Virus record (IMG/VR): IMGVR_UViG_3300005764_000034
Location: 1 to 43,002 of that record
From: a virus
Lineage: Duplodnaviria > Caudoviricetes
Length of the DNA stretch: 43,002 bases
Strand: one strand, 5' to 3'
Made by a program: the position numbers and the translations under genes. Shown piece by piece: positions 35,113 to 43,002 of this stretch (the stretch's first letter is position 1; each line of letters starts with the position of its first letter). The notes below the pieces were generated by a model. The model was not told the DNA's origin. It did not search any database and was given only the letters and a program-made list of their open reading frames with translations.

Positions 35113-37028
35113 CAGGCGAGGCCCGTGTTCGCCTGGTTGGCGAACTCGGCGCGCAGCGAGCGGGCGACGCCGCGCCCGTCGGTCGCCTGTGTGTTGACGA
35201 CGATCGGGCCGTGGACGTTGACCGTGCTCGACCTGCTGTTGTCGTTCATCGCCACCTGGTCGTTGCGCACCATGTCGGCCTGCCGCGAGAACCTCGCGGC
35301 GTGCGCCGCGCGCACCTGCCAGTTGCTGACCTTCGGCTTCTCGAAGCCGCCCTCGAATATCCTCGCCGACTGCGCCGCCACGTCCGCGCCGCTCAGCCCG
35401 CGAAGCTGGCCGACCACGCCGCTGTAGTCGCCGCGCAGCTCGGACAGCAGGAAGCCGTAGTTCGCCTCGTCGCTCGTCGGGTCGAGGCCGTGCTCCTTCG
35501 CGTACTTCTCGAACGCGACGCGGCGCGGGCCGGTCCATTGCGCCCAACCGAAGCCGCCACGGCCGCTGATCGGGTTGCGCTCCTGTATCGCGCGGATGCC
35601 GCTCTCCGCCTGGAGGTTGCCGGTGATGCCGGACGCCTGCTCGATGGTGAGCCCGAGGTCCTTGGCGAGCCGCGCGGTGATCGCCGCGCCGCGCTCGCTC
35701 TGTCCTTGCGGCAGGTTCATGTTCGACGGCGCCATGCCGCCCTCGCCCTCGCCGGCCTTCGCCGGCTTGGCGCCGAACAGCTCCTTCGCGCCGGACACGA
35801 TGCCTTCGGTTAGGCCGAGTTCTTCGAGGATGTCCCATCCGAGCAGGCCCCAGCCGAGGAACGGCACCGCGCGCAGCAACCGGCCGCCGATCCTGCGCCC
35901 GACCGAACGCATGCCGCCCGCCGCCGCCGCGCCGGCCGCCGCCGAGGTCGCGTAGCGCCCGGCCCGTCCGCCGCCGCCCGGCACCGCGCCGAGGCCGCCA
36001 CGGAGGCCGCCGGACGCCGCCAGCACGCCCGCCGCCCGCGTCAGCGCCATCGCCGAGCCGTCGAGCGCGACGGCGCTGCGCGTCAGGCCGTGGTCGCCGC
36101 CGCCGAACAGCCCGCGCCACATCCCGCGCATCAGCAGCGCGCCGCCGACCAGCGGGGTCGCGCCGAGGCCGACCGCGCCGATGCCCTGCGCGACCCACGG
36201 ATGCTCGTGCGCGAGGTGCCGCATCGCGTCGACGGCCTTGGTGATGTAGGGCAGCACGCCGACCACCAGCTCCGCGCCGAGTTCGCGGAACACCTGCATG
36301 GTCTGCACCCACGCCTTGTTCGCCTCGCGCGCCCTCTCGGCGCTCTCCTGCGACGGCACCGCCTCGCCGCCCTGGCGCAGCGCCTCGCGGACGGCGCCGG
36401 TCCCCCGCATGATGACGCCGATCTCGGCGTCGCTGTAGCCGCCCTGGCGCAGCATCATGCGGGCCACCGCCGGCGTGCTGCGTTGCGCCGCCCGCGCCGC
36501 CTGCAGCATCTGCTCCTGCGGCGTCTTCGCGACGCCGCCGGCCCATTGGAAGAACGCGTCCCGGTCCGACGTGCCGCGCGCGCCGACGTCGTCGATGGCC
36601 TTCGCCATGCCGCGGAACGACGCCTCGCCCTGCTCGGCCGATCCGCCGAGCTGCTCGACCATGTTGCGGTAGGCGGCGAGTTCCGGCACCGACGCGCCGA
36701 TGGCGCGCGACGCGACGGCGAGGTGCGTCAGCTCGCCGACCGTGTCGCGCACCAGCGAGCTGATGCTCTCGGCGCCGACCAGCACCGCCATCAGCTCGAG
36801 CGCCTGCTCCTTGATCTTCTTGAAGCCCTCAGCGACCTCCTCCGAGTGCTTCGCCATCTCGCGCGAGGTGCGGTGCGACTGCTGCTCGGTCTTGTGCAGC
36901 TGCTCGCCGGTCTCGCGCGACGCCTTCTTGACGCCCTCGATGGCCTTGATCGCCTGCGCGCCGCCGACGGTCAGCGCCTTCGCATCGAGCCCGAGCTGGA
37001 TGACCAGCGAGTCGACGACGGTCGGCAT
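35112..37028 (-). CDS. tape measure protein with phage tail lysozyme domain
   Basis: MPTVVDSLVIQLGLD; ASGITGNLQAESG...GWAQWTGPRR. Confidence 0.88.
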   Translation of the reverse strand: MPTVVDSLVIQLGLDAKALTVGGAQAIKAIEGVKKASRETGEQLHKTEQQSHRTSREMAKHSEEVAEGFKKIKEQALELMAVLVGAESISSLVRDTVGELTHLAVASRAIGASVPELAAYRNMVEQLGGSAEQGEASFRGMAKAIDDVGARGTSDRDAFFQWAGGVAKTPQEQMLQAARAAQRSTPAVARMMLRQGGYSDAEIGVIMRGTGAVREALRQGGEAVPSQESAERAREANKAWVQTMQVFRELGAELVVGVLPYITKAVDAMRHLAHEHPWVAQGIGAVGLGATPLVGGALLMRGMWRGLFGGGDHGLTRSAVALDGSAMALTRAAGVLAASGGLRGGLGAVPGGGGRAGRYATSAAAGAAAAGGMRSVGRRIGGRLLRAVPFLGWGLLGWDILEELGLTEGIVSGAKELFGAKPAKAGEGEGGMAPSNMNLPQGQSERGAAITARLAKDLGLTIEQASGITGNLQAESGIRAIQERNPISGRGGFGWAQWTGPRRVAFEKYAKEHGLDPTSDEANYGFLLSELRGDYSGVVGQLRGLSGADVAAQSARIFEGGFEKPKVSNWQVRAAHAARFSRQADMVRNDQVAMNDNSRSSTVNVHGPIVVNTQATDGRGVARSLRAEFANQANTGLA

Positions 37029-37031
37029 CGG

Positions 37032-37286
37032 CTATGCGGCGCCGCCCTGCACGCGGTTCCTGCCGTGCCCCGCGTGGTGCGCGTCGGCATGCTGCGTCTG
37101 CTGCTGCGCGGGCGGCGGCGCCTCCTGCGGCACAGGCTCCGCGTCGACCGGCGCATCGATGCCGGTCTTCACGCGCAGCTCGTTCAGCTCGTCGCGGATG
37201 ATCGCGAGCTGCCGGCGCAGCGCGCCCGCCTCGATCTCGTACGGGCTGATGCTCTCCGGGTTCACCTGGCTCGGCATGGCTTTCAC
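37032..37286 (-). CDS. hypothetical protein
   Basis: coupled ORF with a short coiled coil. Confidence 0.5.
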   Translation of the reverse strand: MKAMPSQVNPESISPYEIEAGALRRQLAIIRDELNELRVKTGIDAPVDAEPVPQEAPPPAQQQTQHADAHHAGHGRNRVQGGAA

Positions 37287-37519
37287 TCCTGCGGCTGGTT
37301 CGCCAACGCGCGATTGTGCGCGTCGACGGCGGCTATCTCCAACAGGTCGTACAGGTCCTCCGTGCCGTACACCGTGTCCAGCTCGTGCAGCGTCGCCAGC
37401 CGGGACGAGACGACGGCGGCGAGCGCCTTGGGCACGTTCGCGTAGTCTACGAAGCTCGGGCCAGGGGAACCGTCGCCGACGGGTCCGAACTCGATCGGTC
37501 GCCGGCGAAGGAGAAATTT
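37283..37519 (-). CDS. tail assembly chaperone C-terminal extension (-1 frameshift product)
   Basis: ATLHELDTVYGTEDLYDLLE in the -1 frame after slippery AAATTTC; no own RBS/ATG. Confidence 0.7.
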   Translation of the reverse strand, partial: KFLLRRRPIEFGPVGDGSPGPSFVDYANVPKALAAVVSSRLATLHELDTVYGTEDLYDLLEIAAVDAHNRALANQPQE

Positions 37520-37896
37520 GTGTGCAGCTCGACGATCTCGCGGCGCAGCCGCAGCCGCGTCGACACCTCCTCGATGTCGTCCTCGATCAGCCGGCGCTTC
37601 ACCATCGGGCGCGACGGGTCCGGCACGATCTCGACGCAGTCCATCATCTCGTCGAGCAGCCCGGCCGCCTCGGGGAACGGCATCGCCGACAGCGCCCTGA
37701 GCGACAGCGTCACCAGGCCGGCGATCCCGGTCGTCTCGAAGTCCTCCGGCAGCTCGACGTCGGCGCGCACCATCGCCATCAGCGCCCGCGCCGCCCACCG
37801 CTCCGCCTGCGACGCCGGCAGCTCGGTGATGATGAAGTGCTTGCCGTCGTCGCGGCCGCCGTCGGTGACGACCACCTCCCTCGTCTTACGCGCCAT
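37447..37896 (-). CDS. tail assembly chaperone
   Basis: GRDDGKHFIITELPA...DDIEEVST..LR...LH.NF; lies between tube and tape measure. Confidence 0.8.
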   Translation of the reverse strand: MARKTREVVVTDGGRDDGKHFIITELPASQAERWAARALMAMVRADVELPEDFETTGIAGLVTLSLRALSAMPFPEAAGLLDEMMDCVEIVPDPSRPMVKRRLIEDDIEEVSTRLRLRREIVELHTNFSFAGDRSSSDPSATVPLARAS

Positions 37897-38089
37897 TCCC
37901 CACCTTGATGAAATCCAACGGACCGTGGTTGCTGCTGATGCGGACCACGCGGGTGCGCGGGCTCTGCGCCATATCCGCCCATCCCCAGGTCTGTTCGACG
38001 AAGCGGTATGCCTCCGACCAGTCCATGCCATCGGGCACCTCGACCCTGCGTTCGAGTGTCGCATGGAAGCGGACGATGTACTCCGCCAT
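37886..38089 (-). CDS. hypothetical protein
   Basis: coupled small ORF. Confidence 0.5.
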   Translation of the reverse strand: MAEYIVRFHATLERRVEVPDGMDWSEAYRFVEQTWGWADMAQSPRTRVVRISSNHGPLDFIKVGNGA

Positions 38090-38286
38090 CAGACCATCAG
38101 CCTCGCGCGCACTGCCGCGTCCTTCGCCTCCAGCAGCTTGCGCAGCGCGACGGTGCGCTCCGGGTTGCGCGGCAGCATGGCGACCACGAGATCGGCGAGG
38201 TCGCCGAACGGACGCGACACCTGCGCCAGATGGTCCGGCAGGTGCGCGTGCGCGAAGAACTGCATGATCGGTTCGTCGGCCGCCAT
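38089..38286 (-). CDS. small helical-hairpin protein, possible Acb2/Tad1-like anti-defence sponge
   Basis: QFFAHAHLP..L..VSRPF...ERTVALRKLLEAKDAAVRA. Confidence 0.55.
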   Translation of the reverse strand: MAADEPIMQFFAHAHLPDHLAQVSRPFGDLADLVVAMLPRNPERTVALRKLLEAKDAAVRARLMV

Positions 38287-38717
38287 CAGATCGGCACCGG
38301 CAGGATGCTGCCCCAGGTGATGCCGAACTGCCGCGCCTGCAGCACGCGCCGGCCCTCGGGGAACGCCGTGTAGGCGTGCAGGAAGCCGCGGATCAGCGTG
38401 AACTCCTTGTTGATCGACGGCAGGATCAGGCCGCCGTTGGCGATGTAGACCTCGCGCGCCGCCTGCTGCGCCGAGTACCACGCGTCGAACATCGCCGCCG
38501 ACGGGCTGTCCGGCATGAGCGTGATGTTCATGCGCAGCTCGACCGGCACCCAGCCGGCGGACAGGATGCCGTCGACGCCCATCACGGTCTCGACCGACTG
38601 TATCGTGTCGGTCGCGAACGCCGCGTCGGCCGCGTAGCCCTGCATGGTCTGCGGCACCGGGAACAGGTTGAGGATCGCCAGCGTCAGCACGCTGTTGGCG
38701 GCGGTGATCGTTGCCAT
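38286..38717 (-). CDS. tail tube protein
   Basis: TITAANS, MGVDGILSAGWV, LMPDSPS; follows the sheath gene. Confidence 0.8.
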   Translation of the reverse strand: MATITAANSVLTLAILNLFPVPQTMQGYAADAAFATDTIQSVETVMGVDGILSAGWVPVELRMNITLMPDSPSAAMFDAWYSAQQAAREVYIANGGLILPSINKEFTLIRGFLHAYTAFPEGRRVLQARQFGITWGSILPVPI

Positions 38718-38727
38718 GACCGTGTCC

Positions 38728-40452
38728 CTACTGGATCATCACAGAGGCGAGGTGGATGCGCTGGATCGATTGGCCGTCACAATACCAGAACGTGCAGGGC
38801 GGGCTGCCTCGCGCCTGCCTGACCTGCGGCAGCGCGTCGCGCACCTGGAAGTACCAGCCGCGCTGGCTGAGGATGTCGTCGATCTTGATGCCGGCGTCGG
38901 CGTTGACCTCGGCGGCCTGCGCCATCGACAGCGTGACGCCGGGCCTGACCGCGCCGAAGTCGACCGCCTGGTTGATGGTGTCCTGCGCCGCCGCCTTGAT
39001 GAGACCGTAGCCCTGCTGGTTGTACGGGATGGACTTGCGGTTGGCGAGCAGCACCATGAAGGCGAGCTGGAACTGGTTGTTCATCCAGATCTGGTCCACG
39101 TAGCTGTCCACCCAGTCGAACGGCCCGCTGATCTGCCCGGGGTAGCAGAACTGGAACTGGTCGTTCGCGGTCGCCCACACGCCGTAGTAGTTGTAGCCGT
39201 TCACCTCCAGGTTCGCCGCGATGCTGGCGTTGGTGATGTCGGGCACGATGCCCGTCTGCGAGCGGAAGGCGAGCGTCGTCCTGCCGTTGAGCTCGGTGAA
39301 GTCGATCGAGGCGATGGCGCCCATCGCGAAGGCGGCGAGCGCCGGCCCGTTGGTCGGCGAGTAGATCGGCATCGTGCCGGAGGTGTTGGCGGCGGTGAGC
39401 TGCGCGCCGAGGCTCGTCGTGTTGCCGGCCTGCGTCGCGGTCACGTCGCTGTCCCACGCCACATAGACCCAGCGGTTGTTCTGCCCGTTGTTCCAGTTGG
39501 CGAAGGCGAGCTTCTGCGCGTTGCCCGCGCCGCCGTCGGGGTCGAACACGGTGGCGAACGAGGCCCAGTCCTGCGTCTGCGCGACGATGGTCGCCATCGC
39601 GCCCGCCACGGTCGCCGCGACGGCGCCCTGGCTGGTCGTGGCGCCGGTCGCCTGCGTCAGCATCAGCGGCGCGGCGATGGTGCCGGAGCCGTAGCCGATG
39701 CTGCTGGGCGCGCCGACCGTGGCGGACTGCACGACGAAGGCGTTGGCGGTCACGTCGTACGTCACCGCCGGCGTGTTGGTGGTCAGCGCCGACGACGCGA
39801 CGGTCTGGCTCGCCGAGACGGTGTACGTGCCGTTGCCGCCGCTGCCGGTGCCGAGCGCGGTGATCTGCGTGCCTGCCGTGACCCCGGTGCCGCGCACCTC
39901 CTGGCCGACCGAGAGCGCGCCGGAGGAGACGGCGGTGACGGTCAGCGTCGTGCCGGCGATCGAGCCGGTGAGCGCCGCGCCGGCCGGGCCGACCACGCCG
40001 AGCGCCGTGGTGATGAGCTCGGCCGCCGCCGAGAACGAGGTCGCCGAGCTCAGCACGATGTTGCCGCTGGTGTGCGGCGATCCGTCGATGGTCACGGTCA
40101 GCACGCCGGTGAGCGCCTGCAGCTGCGCGAGCGTCATCGAGCCGAGGTTGCCGCCGCGCAGCCACGCGCCGACCGGGGCGGCGTTGTACTGCGAGAACAG
40201 CACGTTCGCCGGCTTCACGTTGGAGTCGTCGAAGCCCAGGAAGTAGTTGGCGCCGAGCGCCGCCTCGGTGCTGGTCGGGCCGAAGAACGTCGACACGTCC
40301 GCCGCCGTGGTGAAGCGCGCCACCGAGCCGACCGGCACGCGCTGGTTCTGCGTCAGGAACAGCCCCGACAGGTCGAGCGCCGAGCCGCCCGCGGCGATGA
40401 CCGACGGCGTGACTGCGACGATGGCGGAGGCGGGGATCGCCGGGCCGGTCAT
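38728..40452 (-). CDS. tail sheath protein (DUF3383)
   Basis: IPASAIV.VTP, FFGPTS.EA, GYNYYG, IPYNQQG, RQARGSP. Confidence 0.9.
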   Translation of the reverse strand: MTGPAIPASAIVAVTPSVIAAGGSALDLSGLFLTQNQRVPVGSVARFTTAADVSTFFGPTSTEAALGANYFLGFDDSNVKPANVLFSQYNAAPVGAWLRGGNLGSMTLAQLQALTGVLTVTIDGSPHTSGNIVLSSATSFSAAAELITTALGVVGPAGAALTGSIAGTTLTVTAVSSGALSVGQEVRGTGVTAGTQITALGTGSGGNGTYTVSASQTVASSALTTNTPAVTYDVTANAFVVQSATVGAPSSIGYGSGTIAAPLMLTQATGATTSQGAVAATVAGAMATIVAQTQDWASFATVFDPDGGAGNAQKLAFANWNNGQNNRWVYVAWDSDVTATQAGNTTSLGAQLTAANTSGTMPIYSPTNGPALAAFAMGAIASIDFTELNGRTTLAFRSQTGIVPDITNASIAANLEVNGYNYYGVWATANDQFQFCYPGQISGPFDWVDSYVDQIWMNNQFQLAFMVLLANRKSIPYNQQGYGLIKAAAQDTINQAVDFGAVRPGVTLSMAQAAEVNADAGIKIDDILSQRGWYFQVRDALPQVRQARGSPPCTFWYCDGQSIQRIHLASVMIQ

Positions 40453-40465
40453 GTCTCAAGCTCCT

Positions 40466-41347
40466 TCATGCGATGCGCACCATGCAGGGGACGAGGATGA
40501 TGTTGCCGTTCGCGTCTATCATCGGGACCGGCGGGCTGTCGGGGTTGAACAGCGCGCCGTCGCAGAAGGCGTCGATGCCGGGCGCGATCGTCACCGCGAC
40601 CTCGTCGGCGAACTGCATCGGGGTGTCCACCTCCATGTTCGCCTGCAGGCACACCTCGACGATCCAGCGGTTCTCGTACTGCGTCTCCGCGTCGATGAAC
40701 GGCATCTGCCGCCCATCGTCCGCGTGCAGCGGCTGGATGTCCAGTCCCGTTTCGCCGAACCAACGCGTCGCGTACTCGTCGCGCACGACGGTCGAGACGA
40801 TCTGCGCGTTCTCCGCGCACGCCTCGCCGAACACGTCGAGCTGGAACGTCACCTCGGTCGGCATGACGCTGCGCGTGATGCCGGCGTAGATCGGCCCGAC
40901 GCCGACGGCCTGCGGCGGGTCGACCGTGTAGGTCCCGGCACCGCCGGTCCCGGTGAGGAACGCGGTCACCCGCGTGCCTGGCAGCACGTAGCTGAAATAG
41001 TCCCACGTCGCCGCCCCGCCGTCCCAGTCGGTCGTCCCGCCGTCCCAGTCGGTCGGCGGCGGCGAGCCGAACAGCAGCGAGCCGACGGCCAGCGAGCCGT
41101 TGCTGATCGCATGCACCGTCAGCATGGAGCCGTCGATCTGCGCGGTGAGCGAGGTGTCGATGGTGAGGTCGATGTTCGTGCTGAGCCGCTCGCGGCGCAG
41201 CGCGGTCATCAGCACGAAGTCGCCGACCGGCATCGCCGTGCGGTTGACCTGCGCGCGGACGATCTGCGTGGCGGGCGGCAGGATGTCGGCGAGGAAGCCG
41301 CGCAGCGTGGTGAAGAGCTGCTTCTCGGTGATCGACGGGCCGATCAT
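40466..41347 (-). CDS. neck/tail terminator protein
   Basis: RAQVNRT.MP, FQLDVFG, PLHADD..QMPF...QYENRW. Confidence 0.78.
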   Translation of the reverse strand: MIGPSITEKQLFTTLRGFLADILPPATQIVRAQVNRTAMPVGDFVLMTALRRERLSTNIDLTIDTSLTAQIDGSMLTVHAISNGSLAVGSLLFGSPPPTDWDGGTTDWDGGAATWDYFSYVLPGTRVTAFLTGTGGAGTYTVDPPQAVGVGPIYAGITRSVMPTEVTFQLDVFGEACAENAQIVSTVVRDEYATRWFGETGLDIQPLHADDGRQMPFIDAETQYENRWIVEVCLQANMEVDTPMQFADEVAVTIAPGIDAFCDGALFNPDSPPVPMIDANGNIILVPCMVRIA

Positions 41348-41356
41348 CCGTCGGCG

Positions 41357-41539
41357 TCACTCGGCCGCATCCGTGACCTCCCGCAACCGGGTCGGCGGCT
41401 GCGGCTGCGCCTGCTGCTGCGGCTGCGCCGCCAGCGCGTCGAGCGCCTGCATCACGGCGGTCATCGCCGGCGCCTCGCTGCCCTTGAGGTCGACGCGGGC
41501 GAGGAACTGGATCGCCAGCCGCGCAAGCTCCGGGTTCAT
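41357..41539 (-). CDS. hypothetical protein
   Basis: ATGA coupling; QFLARVDLKGSE. Confidence 0.55.
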   Translation of the reverse strand: MNPELARLAIQFLARVDLKGSEAPAMTAVMQALDALAAQPQQQAQPQPPTRLREVTDAAE

Positions 41540-43002
41540 GCCACCCTCACCATCACCTGAGAACCATTGCGATAGACCTGCCCGACCGCCACGCCGCCGG
41601 TCGCCGCCGCCGCGTCGTTCGCGTAGCTGGTCATCGCCGGCAACCAATCGAGGAAGAACGAGGGCGTTGCTGATTGGATGTTGAAGGCGCGCATCAGGTT
41701 CGTCGCGTTGCCGCCCAGCCTGAATGTGTTGGCCTCCGCGCCGGTCGCCGCGTCGATCGCCGATCCGTTGCCGATGTAGATGTTCCCGCCGCCAGTCGTC
41801 AGCGTGACGCTGCCGACGGCGTTGCCGATGATGACATTGTTGCCGCCGGACGAGACCGCTGCACCCGCTGAGCCGCCAATCGCGACATTGCCATTGCCCG
41901 TCACGGCGAGAAGTGCGTTCAACCCGACACCGACGTTGCTGACAGCACCGGAGCCTGCCGCGCCCCGCACTGCACTAGCACCTACCCCGACGTTGTTCGC
42001 GCCAGTCGTGATATTCAGACCGCTGTTCTGACCGACAAAGGTGTTGTTGTTGCCAGTCGTCAGGTTCAGCGCGGCATTGTTGCCGACCGCCGTCAGGTTC
42101 GCCGCCGTGGTGCCGTTCTGGAACGCAGCAGCGCCGATGGCAGTATTGCTGCCGCCAGTCATGCCGGAACCGGAAACTGGCCCGCGCGCAGCGCCGAAGC
42201 CAAGATAGGTGTTCAGCGAACCGCTGGTCAGCGCCGCACCGGACGACTCGCCCATAGCGATGTTCTGCGAGCCGGTCGTCAACCCTTGCAGGCTGTTCAC
42301 TCCGACAGCGGTGTTCTGCGATGCAGTCGTCATCGACAGCCCGCGCATGGCGAAATAGCCGATCGCAATGTTGTTGCTGAACGCGTTGGTCGTGCCGCCG
42401 GTCACAGCCATGACCTCGGTGCCCGCGCCGGTGACGTTCGCGGTCATCGTCAGCGCCGTGCCAACCGTCGATGAGCCGTTGTAGTCGATGCCGATGACGC
42501 CTGGGGTGACCCCACTCGGATATGCACCGATGTTGGCAGCCATCAGCGCCGGGGTGTTGGCGATGGCAGTAGCCAGATTGGTCGCCATCGTCAGCAGAGA
42601 TTGCCCCGCTGAGACCGGCGAGTTGACCGTGATGGGCGATCCGGTGACGGCGGCACAGGTGATCGTTACCGAGAGCACGTCGCCGGCGGTCGCGGTGCCG
42701 GTGATGGTGATGGTGCCGCCGTTGCCCTGTAGGGCATTGTATCCGACAGCGGTGCCGTTGGACCCGTGGTAGTTGCGGTAGGCGTTCGCGCCCGCTGCCG
42801 TGCCGTTCGACACACCCACAGTGTTCCGCATAGCGTCGTTGCCGAACGCGCTATCGAAGCTGCCCGTGAGTTCATAGCCCATCGTGTGCAGACCGCAGCC
42901 GGTATCATGCACCCCGGTCGTCAGATACTGGCCGGTGAAGTTGCCGATCAGCGTGTTCTCGTTGCCGGCGACGGCGTTGGCAGGCTGCGCCTGACCGGCC
43001 CG
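41536..43002 (-). CDS. fibre/adhesin-like protein with NxAxGxxA repeats (5' truncated by the window edge)
   Basis: frame is open to the window edge; many NTAVG/NIAIG..AL beta-roll repeats. Confidence 0.75.
   Translation of the reverse strand, partial: RAGQAQPANAVAGNENTLIGNFTGQYLTTGVHDTGCGLHTMGYELTGSFDSAFGNDAMRNTVGVSNGTAAGANAYRNYHGSNGTAVGYNALQGNGGTITITGTATAGDVLSVTITCAAVTGSPITVNSPVSAGQSLLTMATNLATAIANTPALMAANIGAYPSGVTPGVIGIDYNGSSTVGTALTMTANVTGAGTEVMAVTGGTTNAFSNNIAIGYFAMRGLSMTTASQNTAVGVNSLQGLTTGSQNIAMGESSGAALTSGSLNTYLGFGAARGPVSGSGMTGGSNTAIGAAAFQNGTTAANLTAVGNNAALNLTTGNNNTFVGQNSGLNITTGANNVGVGASAVRGAAGSGAVSNVGVGLNALLAVTGNGNVAIGGSAGAAVSSGGNNVIIGNAVGSVTLTTGGGNIYIGNGSAIDAATGAEANTFRLGGNATNLMRAFNIQSATPSFFLDWLPAMTSYANDAAAATGGVAVGQVYRNGSQVMVRVA

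Overview
High-GC tailed-phage (or prophage) segment, most likely a contractile-tailed (myovirus-type) phage of an alphaproteobacterium, since it encodes GcrA- and GapR-like proteins. Four blocks are visible. (1) 1-6769 (+): an accessory/early region of about 17 small genes split into units by seven copies of a structured intergenic element. Each copy starts at the TGA stop of the previous gene, forms a covarying hairpin (CTGACCCGCGA-stem-CCTGGGCCAGA) and ends in a conserved AACAGAGGAACACC leader box before the next ATG. An eighth, gene-less copy of the box sits in a convergent non-coding region (6770-7049) that looks like a minus-strand sRNA complementary to these leaders. (2) 7050-14530 (-): replication module with a primase-helicase, an iteron-containing initiator, a ParB-N protein, a RuvC-like resolvase and a GapR/Rmf-like protein. 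(3) 14676-18972 (+): recombination/regulation module (Gp157-like, ERF, wHTH, GcrA). (4) 18905-43002 (-): tail morphogenesis (fibres/spike, baseplate, tape measure with lysozyme, frameshifted chaperone, tube, sheath, neck), interrupted by an antisense HNH gene. No integrase, repressor, capsid, terminase, lysis cassette, tRNA or CRISPR array was recognised in the window. Family assignments come from motif recognition by eye, not from database searches.
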